A stretch of DNA of 64,000 nucleotides, from NCBI GenBank assembly GCA_004356105.1, contig SMYC01000045.1:172-64171 (forward strand). The letters run 5' to 3'. Below the pieces are notes generated by a model that was not told the origin of the DNA, did not search any database, and saw only the letters and a list, made by a program, of their open reading frames with translations. This DNA comes from Acidobacteriota bacterium (GTDB lineage: Bacteria > Acidobacteriota > Vicinamibacteria > Marinacidobacterales > SMYC01). The translations under genes and the position numbers were made by a program. Below are positions 23,889 to 33,100 of this stretch, piece by piece. The number at the start of each line of letters is the position of its first letter. Positions within the stretch are counted from its first letter, which is position 1.

Positions 23889-25508
23889 ATGCGTCCACGA
23901 ATGGGCTCCTTGCTCCTGCTCGCATTAGCTCTGGTCACGGCTGGCCCGTCGGCGGGAGAGTCGGCCGTACGTTTCCGGCTGTCCTATCCCGAGGAGGCCC
24001 ATGCGGGGCCGATCACGGGGCGAGCCTTCGTCGTGATCTCGCGCACGAACGAGAAAGAGCCGCGGCTTCAAGTTGGCCGCACTGGCGTGCCGTTCTTCGG
24101 GCGGAACTTCGACAACGTCGCACCCGGTGATGCAATCGTACTCGACGCAAGCGACCTAGGCAGCCCCGTTGGCTCCCTCTCCGAGATTCCGCCCGGCGAT
24201 TATTTCGTGCAAGGCTTCATCAAGGTCTATTCCGAGTTCCCGCGGGCCGACGGTAACACCGTCTGGATGCACGACGACCAGTGGGAAGGCCAGCGCTTTT
24301 GGATCTCTGCTGGAAACCTGCATAGCGTGCCGGTGCGGCTCACTATCGACGCCGAAGCCGGCTACGATCACGAGCTCGTGCTCGACCAAATCATCCCAGA
24401 GGTCGAGCTCCCGCCGGATACCGCGTGGGTCAAACGCTTTCGCTTCGAGAGCGAGAACTTGACAAAGTTCTGGGGACGGCCGATCTATCTCGGCGCCACC
24501 GTACTTCTGCCGCGCGACTACGAGCGCGACAACATCGATTACCCCGTCATCTACTACCAGGGGCACTTCCAAATCCAAGATCCGATGCGATGGAAGGAGG
24601 GCGAGGACTTCAAGCGCGCGTGGAAGCGCGACCACTTCCCGCGAATGATTGTGGTGACGTTTCAGGACCCCACCCCCTATTTCGACACGTCGTACTCCGT
24701 GAACTCCGTCAATCTCGGGCCCTATGGCGACGCGATCCTCGAAGAGCTCATCCCGGAGATCGAGCGTCGCTTTCGCGTCATCGACGAGCCCTATGCGCGG
24801 ATTCTGACGGGCGGCTCGACGGGGGGTTGGGAAGCGCTCGCGATGCAGTTCTTTTATCCCGACTTCTTTGGCGGGACCTTCGCCTATGCGCCCGACCCGG
24901 TGACCTTTACCAATGTCGAGGGCATCAATATTTATGAAGACGTCAATGCGTTCTACAAGCAGCACGAGTGGCGGCGGGTGCCGATCGCCAATACGCGCGA
25001 GACCAACGGTGAGATACGCCTGACCTCCAAACAGCGGAACACGTTCGAGCTCGTCTCGGGCACGAAAGGCCGCTCTGGGCAGCAGCTCGACATCTGGTCC
25101 GCGGTCTTCGGGCCGCTCGGTGACGACGGGTTTTTCAAGCCGCTTTTCGACAAACGCTCGGGAGAGATCGATCCCGCGGTCGCGCAATATTGGCGGGAGA
25201 ATTACGACTTACTCCACCACCTGAAGAACAACTGGGCGAGCCTAGGCCCGAAGCTCTTCGGAAAATTGCACGTCTATTGCGGCGACATGGACAACTACTA
25301 TTTGAACGTCGCGGTGAAAGAGCTCCAGGAATGGATGCGGCAGACGGAGAACCCGCATTATCCAGGGGTCTTCGTTTGGGGCGACGGCGCCGGACACCGC
25401 TTTGGACGCGAGTTCAGCACCGAGGCAGAGCGCATCCGCCGGATGGCGGAGCACGTGTTGTCGATGCGCCCGGACGGCGCCCCCCATCCTTGGTGGCATT
25501 TCGAGTGA
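23889..25508 (+). CDS. Secreted alpha/beta-hydrolase (putative esterase)
   Basis: Signal peptide, ELIPEIERRF, nucleophile elbow GGSTGG, YCGDMD, C-terminal His. Confidence 0.85.
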   Translation: MRPRMGSLLLLALALVTAGPSAGESAVRFRLSYPEEAHAGPITGRAFVVISRTNEKEPRLQVGRTGVPFFGRNFDNVAPGDAIVLDASDLGSPVGSLSEIPPGDYFVQGFIKVYSEFPRADGNTVWMHDDQWEGQRFWISAGNLHSVPVRLTIDAEAGYDHELVLDQIIPEVELPPDTAWVKRFRFESENLTKFWGRPIYLGATVLLPRDYERDNIDYPVIYYQGHFQIQDPMRWKEGEDFKRAWKRDHFPRMIVVTFQDPTPYFDTSYSVNSVNLGPYGDAILEELIPEIERRFRVIDEPYARILTGGSTGGWEALAMQFFYPDFFGGTFAYAPDPVTFTNVEGINIYEDVNAFYKQHEWRRVPIANTRETNGEIRLTSKQRNTFELVSGTKGRSGQQLDIWSAVFGPLGDDGFFKPLFDKRSGEIDPAVAQYWRENYDLLHHLKNNWASLGPKLFGKLHVYCGDMDNYYLNVAVKELQEWMRQTENPHYPGVFVWGDGAGHRFGREFSTEAERIRRMAEHVLSMRPDGAPHPWWHFE

Positions 25509-25538
25509 GGACCAGGCGTCTGCGTTAGAATAACTGCG

Positions 25539-26636
25539 ATGAGCGAAGACCCTACCTTTCGGATTATCGGAAACGCCCCGGCCGCCCGCAGCCTGCGCTA
25601 CGAGGCCTATCGGCGCGAATGGGACCGCCGCGGCGAAGAGCTCGACGGCGCGAACTACCCCGTCCATGTCGACCTCGAATCCGTCGCCGTTTGCGACCTG
25701 CGCTGCGGAAGCTCCGAAGAGGATCCTCAGGGGTTTTGCCAGATCTGGACCCACGAGCACATCCGCAAGCTCGGCTTCGACGAGCACACCTACAAGAGGG
25801 GCTACATGGACCCCAAGCTGTACACCGCGTTGTTGCAGCAATGCGCCGAGATGGGGGTAAGCTCCATCAAGCTCAACTATCGAGGCGAGCCGTCGCTTCA
25901 TCCCGAGATCGTGTCTTTCGTCCACCAGGCCGCGGAGCTCGGCTTTCCGGACATCATGATGAACACGAACGGTAATGGCGGCGCGCGGACGCGGCCCGAG
26001 CTCTTTGCCGATCTCGTGGAAGCTGGCATCACGGATCTCATGTTCTCGGTCGACGCCGCCGACGAAGTGACTTACGACAAACAGCGCGTCGGCGGCGATT
26101 GGAAGATCTTGCTCCACTCCGTCCGGAGCGCGGTCGAAGCGCGCGCTCGAGGCGGAGGCACGACGGATTGCCGGATCCGCGCGTCGGTCGTGCGAACGTT
26201 CCTGAATGCCGCGGAGGTCGATAGCGGCCGCATGGAAGCGTTTTGGCGAGACAAGATGGGCGTCGACTGGATGTCCATCAGCGAGTGCTACTTTCCTGCC
26301 GGCGCGACTCACCAGTGGAAAGCCGCCGAGTGGGAGTCGCTGAGCGCGGCCGAGTTCCAATGCCCCGACCCCTTCCGCCGGATGGTCATCACGTGGGACG
26401 GCAAGCACACGATGCCCTGCTGCCAAGGATTCACGCTCGAGATCGACGGAGGCCCTGTGATAGAGGTCGCCGAAAACCTGCAGACGATAAAGGACGCGTG
26501 GACGAGCGAGAACTTCGACCGGCTGCGACGCGCGCATCGCGATCGCACTTGGGATCGGGAGGGTAAAGAAGGCGAGCCCATCTGCGTCAACTGCGCCGTG
26601 ACCAAGAAGCCGACACCCATCGCTATCTCGGTGTGA
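25539..26636 (+). CDS. Radical SAM protein with SPASM/twitch-like domain
   Basis: CDLRC-X10-C, RGEPSLHP, MNTNG, FSVDA; C-terminal CPDPF...WDG...PCC...CVNC. Confidence 0.88.
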   Translation: MSEDPTFRIIGNAPAARSLRYEAYRREWDRRGEELDGANYPVHVDLESVAVCDLRCGSSEEDPQGFCQIWTHEHIRKLGFDEHTYKRGYMDPKLYTALLQQCAEMGVSSIKLNYRGEPSLHPEIVSFVHQAAELGFPDIMMNTNGNGGARTRPELFADLVEAGITDLMFSVDAADEVTYDKQRVGGDWKILLHSVRSAVEARARGGGTTDCRIRASVVRTFLNAAEVDSGRMEAFWRDKMGVDWMSISECYFPAGATHQWKAAEWESLSAAEFQCPDPFRRMVITWDGKHTMPCCQGFTLEIDGGPVIEVAENLQTIKDAWTSENFDRLRRAHRDRTWDREGKEGEPICVNCAVTKKPTPIAISV

Positions 26637-27751
26637 TAGCGACGGCGGCTCTCGCGCTCCTCCTGCTCCAAGTACTCGTTCCTTGGAGCGACGGGGAGCT
26701 CGACATCCATCACATCAGTACCGGGCGCGGCAACGCCACGCTCTTCGTGCTCCCCGACGGGACGAGCTTGCTCGTCGACGCAGGGGCCAGGCCGGCCAGC
26801 CCAGGATTTCCCGAAGCGCCGTCGCGTCCGAGCGATGCGCGGCGGCCGGGCGAGTGGATCGCTCGCTATATCGCACGCACGCTCCCGGAACCGAAGCTCG
26901 ATTATGTGCTCGTCACGCACTTTCACGACGATCACATGGGAGGCCTCGCCGACGTTGTGAGCGCTCTCGAGATCGACAAGCTTCTCGACCGAGGTTGGCC
27001 GGACTACGACTACCCGCGCCCGCTCGACTTCGAGAGGGTCCGTGCGTATCGTCGCGTCGCGGAGAAGCTCGACGTCGAAGCGTTCGAGCCCGGGAGCAAC
27101 GACCAGATCGTCCTGAAGCGCCGCCCGTATCCAAAGTTCGAGATACAGAACCTCACGGCGAACGGCGTGTACTGGTCAGGACAGGGCGACGAGACGCGCG
27201 AGCAATTCCCTGCACTCGACACGCTCGCGGACGAAGACTATCCCTCCGAGAACATGTCGAGCTTGTCCTTCCGCCTCCGCTACGGTGCTTTCGACTATTA
27301 CACCGGCGGCGACCTGACAGGTATCCCTAACGTCGGCCACCCGGATTGGCAGAACATGGAAAAGGCGATCGCGGACGCGTTCGGCCCGGTAGACGTTCAC
27401 GTCGTGAACCACCACGGCTCGATCGACTCGGCGAGCCCCGAGTTCTTGGCGGCGCTAAAACCGCGCGTTCACATCATCCCGGCCCACTCTGCGACCCACC
27501 CCGCCCCAAGTGTTCTGAAGCGGCTGCTCTCCGAGCGCGCCTACGAAGGTCCGCGCGACGTCTTCATCTTGCAGTTCCGAGAGCCGACCAAAGCGGCCAT
27601 CGGCCCGCGCGCGAACCAGGTGAAAAGCGGCGCCGGCCACGTCATCGTGCGCGTCGCGCCCGGGGGCGGGTCCTATCGCGTCTTCGTCGTGAGTGACGCC
27701 GACGAGAGCGGCACTGTCCTCGCCGAGCACGGCCCTTACCGTTCCCAATGA
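26633..27751 (+). CDS. Metallo-beta-lactamase-fold hydrolase (ComEC/Rec2-like)
   Basis: LLVDAG, THFHDDHMGG, TGGD, NHHGS. Confidence 0.88.
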   Translation: MIATAALALLLLQVLVPWSDGELDIHHISTGRGNATLFVLPDGTSLLVDAGARPASPGFPEAPSRPSDARRPGEWIARYIARTLPEPKLDYVLVTHFHDDHMGGLADVVSALEIDKLLDRGWPDYDYPRPLDFERVRAYRRVAEKLDVEAFEPGSNDQIVLKRRPYPKFEIQNLTANGVYWSGQGDETREQFPALDTLADEDYPSENMSSLSFRLRYGAFDYYTGGDLTGIPNVGHPDWQNMEKAIADAFGPVDVHVVNHHGSIDSASPEFLAALKPRVHIIPAHSATHPAPSVLKRLLSERAYEGPRDVFILQFREPTKAAIGPRANQVKSGAGHVIVRVAPGGGSYRVFVVSDADESGTVLAEHGPYRSQ

Positions 27752-27752
27752 G

Positions 27753-27995
27753 TTAGGTCTTCTCCGCCTTCTTCCTCTCCCAAAACGCGCGGAAGTTTCT
27801 TTCTTCCCATTTCTCTCGAAGTTGCTGCGCGTCTTCGATAGACCGGTGCTTGTAGATGCCGGGAGGGAAGCGGTACGCAGTCACCCGTTCAGCAAAGCGC
27901 CAAACCCGGGCAATCGCCTGCCAGAGTGGGACGCCGTTTTCGCGCCAAAGGGTGTCCTCCATTTCCTGCAGGGAGCGGAACTTCCGAACCGGCAT
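27753..27995 (-). CDS. Small hypothetical protein, partner of the nucleotidyltransferase
   Basis: 80 aa; start overlaps the stop of the upstream NTase (TGATG); internally repeated motif RKFRSLQEM / YKHRSIEDA. Confidence 0.7.
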   Translation of the reverse strand: MPVRKFRSLQEMEDTLWRENGVPLWQAIARVWRFAERVTAYRFPPGIYKHRSIEDAQQLREKWEERNFRAFWERKKAEKT

Positions 27996-28468
27996 CAGTC
28001 CTCATCCAGATCGAAACGTCGCCGGAGTGCTTCCGCGTCTCCCCAGTCCTTCGGTCGCACCGTATCCTTTTTCATCCGATAGAGTATTTCAGGCGTCGCT
28101 ACGCTAACCGTCAATCCGTCGAAATCCAGACGCTGCGAGGAAATGTCCTCATAACGGAAGGCCTCCCCCAGGCGCGTGAGAATATCGAGGTAGAAATCTC
28201 CATCAGGCGGCACGTATTGCACGGCCGGGTAATCACCGAGAAGATCTTCGGCGGTGATTTCCTCGATGCTCGTGTCGTCTGGGTAGACCGACTGGAGTGC
28301 CTTTTTGAGACGCTCGATATTGTCCGGCTCCGGTGCGACAAAGATGTCCAAGTCCTCGGTAGCGCGAGGGAGCCCTAGCAGGTTGATCGCCACAGCGCCG
28401 AACACGACATACTGAACTTCCTCTCGTTCCAAGGCGGTGAGGACATTCTTAACGGCGTCGAAGTCCAT
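27995..28468 (-). CDS. Minimal Pol-beta-fold nucleotidyltransferase (AbiEii/DUF6036-like)
   Basis: YVVFGAVA...PRATEDLDIFV; C-terminal MKKDTVRPKDWGD; start at ATG 28468. Confidence 0.8.
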   Translation of the reverse strand: MDFDAVKNVLTALEREEVQYVVFGAVAINLLGLPRATEDLDIFVAPEPDNIERLKKALQSVYPDDTSIEEITAEDLLGDYPAVQYVPPDGDFYLDILTRLGEAFRYEDISSQRLDFDGLTVSVATPEILYRMKKDTVRPKDWGDAEALRRRFDLDED

Positions 28469-28568
28469 GGGTACGACCCATTCTAACCCCGGGGGTAATA
28501 GAGCGCCGCCGCAACTTGCGGGGTTCGGGGAGACAAGATCGATCCTTTGAAGCGTCACGCCACGGCGG

Positions 28569-28960
28569 CTAGAGCGGTTCACATTCTCGTTCGATGTCCT
28601 GCGGCGGCCCGCTCTCAGCGACGGTGAACCCGACGTCCTCGGCGGCTCGAACGGAGCCTGGATCGATCTCGACCAAAAATCGACCGAGCGCGCGGGATAA
28701 CCGAGAGCGGCGCAGACCGGGAGCTCCACGACGCACGCGTCATAGGTGTGGACCCCGGCATCGCGCAGCTTCTCTTGGGCTTCTTCTAGGGGATCTCTCG
28801 GCTGTGGAGCGGGGCGCTCCTGTTGGTCAGCAAGAATCCCGGGCCACTCCAGATAACGCTGCACCCAACGCGTGTCGCGGGGGCTGCAACCGGTCGAAAG
28901 AGTGACGAGAACGGCCATGACGCTCTAGCAGCAGCGCGAGAGCATTCGCCTTCGATGCAT
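28569..28960 (-). pseudogene. Degraded lipoprotein gene
   Basis: In-frame stop in the signal region, lipobox-like LSTGC, apparent frameshift near 28680 into ...LVEIDPGSVRAAEDVGF. Confidence 0.35.
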
Positions 28961-29034
28961 GGGTTCAGGCTAGCAGACCGGCGGCTCTCTCTCACACCGT
29001 GCGTGTCGAGCAAGACAATGGCAGGGGTGGAAGC

Positions 29035-29280
29035 TTAAGCTCGAGTATTTTGACCAGACGAGTACACGGTAACGATGTTGGGATGATTGAGCGCGGCGAT
29101 CGCTTTGGCTTCTCGGGTGAACCGAGCCCGGCGCTCTTCGCTCTCGGCAAGCTCCGGCGGCAGGACTTTCAGCGCCACCTTTCGATCCAACTTGGTGTCC
29201 TCGGCCAGATAGACGTCACCCATTCCACCTGAGCCGATCTTCTCCAGGATTTTGTAGTGGGCGAGGGTCTTGCCGATCAA
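29035..29280 (-). pseudogene. Hanks-type Ser/Thr kinase N-terminal fragment
   Basis: AGGAGG RBS plus TTG; [21 protein letters not shown]...VALKVL...[10 protein letters not shown], then truncated before the catalytic loop. Confidence 0.85.
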
Positions 29281-29511
29281 TCCTGTTACCTCCTGCGTAC
29301 GGATAGTAGTTCTGGAGAGGGGCACTATTCAATCGGGCAGCGTGTCCCTCACGCCTGACAGACAGCGCAACGTGATGTCCAGGATGGCCAAGAGCTTCGC
29401 GGCTCCAAGATTTTCCGAAGAAGCTCCTGATGTGTTGGCTAGCAACGACGGCCCGTGGGGAAAACTAGGACGGGTTCCACCGCCCTTGCGATCTGCTAGG
29501 ATCGAATCTCC

Positions 29512-30447
29512 TTGAGCTCCCTCACTGCCTCGGCCCTGTCATTTACCGGCCTCGTCATCCTCGCTCTCGGTGCCCACTGGCTCGTGCGAGGGGCCTCCCG
29601 TCTCGCGACGCATTTCGGCGTCAGCCCGTTACTCGTTGGCCTCACCGTCGTCGCTTATGGAACGTCGTCGCCCGAGATCGTAGCGAGCGTCATTGCGGCG
29701 CTCGGCGGCCATCCCGAGATGACGGTGGGGAACGTGCTTGGAAGCAACGTCGCCAATATCGGGCTCGTCCTCGGATGCATCGCGATCGTAGCGCCTATGA
29801 ATGTGGCGGCTTCGGTGCTCAAGCGCGAGCTTCCGCTTCTCCTCGGCGTCACCGTGCTTTTCTTCGCCTGCGCATTACGGCTCGAGCTCGGTCGTGGTGT
29901 CGGGCTCGCGTTCATCGCTCTTCTGGTCTTCTTCAATTACTTGTCGATCCGCTGGGCTCGCGGTGAGGCACCGCCATCCAGGCCAGCCACACCGTCCACA
30001 CATAGCCTCGCCTCGAGCTCGGCGTTTACCGTCTTTGGCCTCATCCTCCTGATGGGCGGCGCGCAGCTTCTCGTTACGGGCGCGGTCTCGCTCGCGCGAT
30101 CGATAGGCTTATCTGAGTTCATCATCGGCGCCACTCTCGTGGCTGTGGGAACGTCCACGCCCGAGCTCGCGACCTCCTTCGTCGCGGGCCTTCGGGGTGA
30201 AGCGGATCTCGTCGTTGGTGCCATCATCGGCAGCAACCTGTTCAACATTCTGGGCGCGATTGGCGTTTCCGCGACCTTGCGAACGCTTCCCATCGATGAA
30301 AAGCTGCTCTATTTCGAGCTTCCAGCGCTCGTGGGCTTCACGCTCTTGATGGCGATCTTTCTGTACACAGGACGGCGGATCGTGAAGTGGGAGGGGATGG
30401 TGCTCCTTGGATGCTACGCCGTGTTCATGGGACTTCTCTTTCGTTAA
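29512..30447 (+). CDS. Calcium/sodium antiporter (YrbG family)
   Basis: Duplicated alpha repeats GTSSPE / GTSTPE and GNVLGSNVAN / GAIIGSNLFN. Confidence 0.93.
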   Translation: MSSLTASALSFTGLVILALGAHWLVRGASRLATHFGVSPLLVGLTVVAYGTSSPEIVASVIAALGGHPEMTVGNVLGSNVANIGLVLGCIAIVAPMNVAASVLKRELPLLLGVTVLFFACALRLELGRGVGLAFIALLVFFNYLSIRWARGEAPPSRPATPSTHSLASSSAFTVFGLILLMGGAQLLVTGAVSLARSIGLSEFIIGATLVAVGTSTPELATSFVAGLRGEADLVVGAIIGSNLFNILGAIGVSATLRTLPIDEKLLYFELPALVGFTLLMAIFLYTGRRIVKWEGMVLLGCYAVFMGLLFR

Positions 30448-30496
30448 TGGCGTTAATGGCGTTAATGGCGTTGAATGGCGTTAACGACGTTAAAGG
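30442..30496. repeat. 9-bp tandem repeat (CGTTAATGG), about 6 units
   Basis: Three perfect and three degenerate units starting at the antiporter stop codon. Confidence 0.85.
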
Positions 30497-30513
30497 CGCT
30501 CATGCGTCGCGTT

Positions 30514-30834
30514 CTACGATCCTTCGCAACCCAGAGAGAAAGCTATCGCGTCGCACACGAGCTCCATTTTCTCTTCGCTTACTTTGGTCAGTCGACGCCC
30601 AATCCCGACCTTCGCGACGGTCACGATATTGTGAAGATTAATGATGCACGGCGCCTTCAATCCATCGCCGACGTCGAGCTGAACTTCGGAGGCCACGTCT
30701 CGTATTGTGGAAGTGATAGGCGCTACCGTGACGCGCGAGAGATATTTTATGGACGCGCTACGAGTCAACAGTAGAACAGGTCGGGATTTGTCCAGCGGGG
30801 CGAACTGGTAGAGACGAATCTCGCCGCGCTCTAA
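30514..30834 (-). pseudogene. mazF: PemK/MazF toxin lacking a canonical start codon
   Basis: Frame reads LERGEIRLYQFAPLDKSRPVLLLTR...VTVAPITS; the expected first codon is TTA. Confidence 0.75.
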
Positions 30835-31063
30835 TCTCCCGCCAATCGGCCACCCTCTCCGAGCGGCTTACTTCATTGAGGTCGTCGGGTCGTTGTTCGT
30901 AGGCCGCGCGCTCCTGGTTCTCCAACTCCGCGTAGCGCAGTTTCTTCAAATGTGCGCGCAACGCTTCACGTATCAGCGCGGAGCGGTTGATGCGCTGCCG
31001 CTTGGCAAACCGGTCGGCAAGCTCGAGCAGAGAATCATCGAGCACAACCTGTATGGTTGCCAT
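30758..31063 (-). CDS. Ribbon-helix-helix antitoxin (reads through into the toxin)
   Basis: MATIQVVLDDSLLELADRFAKRQRINRSALIREAL; upstream of the MazF-like toxin. Confidence 0.8.
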   Translation of the reverse strand: MATIQVVLDDSLLELADRFAKRQRINRSALIREALRAHLKKLRYAELENQERAAYEQRPDDLNEVSRSERVADWREIRARRDSSLPVRPAGQIPTCSTVDS

Positions 31064-31064
31064 C

Positions 31065-31086
31065 TATGTTGAGTCTATTCAACATA
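31065..31086. promoter_or_regulatory. Putative antitoxin operator palindrome
   Basis: TATGTTGA-gtctat-TCAACATA immediately upstream of the antitoxin ATG. Confidence 0.55.
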
Positions 31087-31115
31087 TTAATCCACAGTCA
31101 AGTCAACAGTGCGTG

Positions 31116-32324
31116 TTACTCCCAGCTGCGCTCGTCTCGGATAGGCCCTTCGTCGGCCGCCGCGAGGCTGCCCGGCGGCACGATCTCCACTTCGACGCGG
31201 AGCTTGAGCTCGTTGCGGAAACTCTGAACGAGCACCTCGACGTCAACGTTGGCTTCCACGCGGATGACCATCGCGTCGCGGCGCTCGACGCGACGCACGA
31301 TCGCCTCGTAGCGAGGCACCTCGCCGAGCGCCAATGTAAGCGCCCGCGCGATCGATCGAGGGTGGACGAACATCCCCCGCACTTTGACGCCCTCGCCCAC
31401 CCTTCCTTGGAAGCCGAGAAGCCGCGGGGTCGTGCGCCCGCACGCACAGGGCGAGGTGTCGATCGCCGATCGATCGCCGGTGCCGAAACGCACGAGCGGA
31501 TAGACTTCGTTCTGTGTGCTGACGACCACTTCGCCCGTGGGCTCGAGCACCTCAACGACGCGCCCGGGCGTGATATGCCACCCGCGCGACGCTTCGCATT
31601 CGAATGCAATGGCGCCGACATCGGCGGTGCCATAGCCTTCGCGTACCGTCACGCCGAACTCACGCAAGAGGTCGTCTCTGAGCGACGCCGATAGCGGCCC
31701 GCCGCTGACGAAGCCGCGCTCGAGACGAACGTCGATGCTTTTCTCACGCGCGCGGTCGAGAAGCGTCCAGATAAAATCCGGTGTTCCGCAATAGCCGGTG
31801 CTCCCCGAGCGCGCGAGCAGATCGACTTGCGCGTCTGTATTCCCGACACCGCCAGGGACGACGGTACAGCCGATCGCGCGGAGCCCTTCTTCCATCATCG
31901 CCCCCGCCGGCGTCAGATGGTAAGAGAAGGTGTTGTAGACCGTGTCGCCTTCACGAAAGCCAGCGGCCCAAAGCGCGGGCGCCCAGCCCCAAAAGTCCGG
32001 GCCTTCCCCTTCGGGATCGAGTATCGGGCCGGGAGACAAGAAGACACGCTTCAACGTCTTGACGTCACACGCCAGAAGCCCTCCGAAAGGTGGCGACGCT
32101 TCCTGCAGCTCGGGCAGGTCGTCTTTCGAGAGCACCGGCACATCGGCAAGGGCGGAGACGGAGCGGATGTCCCCGGCGGCGAGTCCCGCGCGCTTCAGCC
32201 GGCGCGGAAACTCTTCGGTGTGCTCGGCGGCATAGGCCACGATGTTGCGCACGAGCTGGTCTTGATAGAGCTGCCAAGCTTCGGTTGAGGCAGCTTCGAT
32301 CTCGGGCTCGTAGATCGGATTCAC
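31116..32324 (-). CDS. Phenylacetate-CoA ligase family protein (PaaK-like)
   Basis: VPVLSKDDL, FSYHLTPAG, EGYGTAD, YPLVRFGTGD, VKVRGMFVHP. Confidence 0.9.
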   Translation of the reverse strand: MNPIYEPEIEAASTEAWQLYQDQLVRNIVAYAAEHTEEFPRRLKRAGLAAGDIRSVSALADVPVLSKDDLPELQEASPPFGGLLACDVKTLKRVFLSPGPILDPEGEGPDFWGWAPALWAAGFREGDTVYNTFSYHLTPAGAMMEEGLRAIGCTVVPGGVGNTDAQVDLLARSGSTGYCGTPDFIWTLLDRAREKSIDVRLERGFVSGGPLSASLRDDLLREFGVTVREGYGTADVGAIAFECEASRGWHITPGRVVEVLEPTGEVVVSTQNEVYPLVRFGTGDRSAIDTSPCACGRTTPRLLGFQGRVGEGVKVRGMFVHPRSIARALTLALGEVPRYEAIVRRVERRDAMVIRVEANVDVEVLVQSFRNELKLRVEVEIVPPGSLAAADEGPIRDERSWE

Positions 32325-33100
32325 GACAACCAGCGCTTTCGCCGGCGATAGTGTTTGACGGCTCTATAAGACTTGCGCCCGCCGAGCTCCGAGAGGCCGA
32401 GATAGAACTCCTTCACGTCCGCGTTCTCGCGGAGCTCTTCAGGTTTGCCTTCGAGAACCACACGGCCGTTCTCCATGACGTAGCCGTAATTCGAGATGTC
32501 GAGCGCGCGGGCAGCGTTTTGCTCGACGAGAAGAATCGTCGTGCCGTCGACTTCGTTGAGGCGACGCAAAACGGCGAAGATCTCTTCGACGATGAGCGGA
32601 GCGAGGCCGAGAGATGGCTCGTCGAGCAGCAGAAGCTCAGGCTCTGACATCAGAGCGCGGCCGATCGCGAGCATCTGTTGCTCCCCGCCCGAAAGAAAGC
32701 CCGCGAGCTTCTTGCGACAGTCTCTCAAACGCGGAAACGTGTCGAGAACCTTGTCGAGGTTCATCGAGGTGCTCGTATAGGCGCCGACGCGCAAGTTTTC
32801 TTCGACGGTGAGATGCTCGAAGACGCGCCGGCCTTCCATTACTTGAAAAACCCCGCGCCGGACGACGTCGTGAGGCGGCAAACCGTGGATGGGCTCGCCT
32901 TCGAGCTCGATGGAGCCGTCGGTCACCTCTCCATCTTCCGGCGCCAAGAGGCCCGAGATGGCTTTGAGGGTCGTCGACTTCCCCGTACCGTTCGTGCCGA
33001 GAAGACATACGATCTGACCTCGGCGCACTTCGAGAGAAAGCCCGCGGAGGACGAGCACGACGTTGTCGTAGACGACCTCGACGTTATTTAGACGGAGCAT
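32321..33100 (-). CDS. HAAT ABC transporter ATPase (LivF-like)
   Basis: GTNGTGKST, LSGGEQQM, LLLDEPSLGLAP, LLVEQN. Confidence 0.93.
   Translation of the reverse strand: MLRLNNVEVVYDNVVLVLRGLSLEVRRGQIVCLLGTNGTGKSTTLKAISGLLAPEDGEVTDGSIELEGEPIHGLPPHDVVRRGVFQVMEGRRVFEHLTVEENLRVGAYTSTSMNLDKVLDTFPRLRDCRKKLAGFLSGGEQQMLAIGRALMSEPELLLLDEPSLGLAPLIVEEIFAVLRRLNEVDGTTILLVEQNAARALDISNYGYVMENGRVVLEGKPEELRENADVKEFYLGLSELGGRKSYRAVKHYRRRKRWLS

Noticed and set aside
28469-28918. N-terminal extension of the NTase ORF
   Set aside because: Chance in-frame read-through from a degraded lipoprotein gene; the NTase domain starts at ATG 28468.
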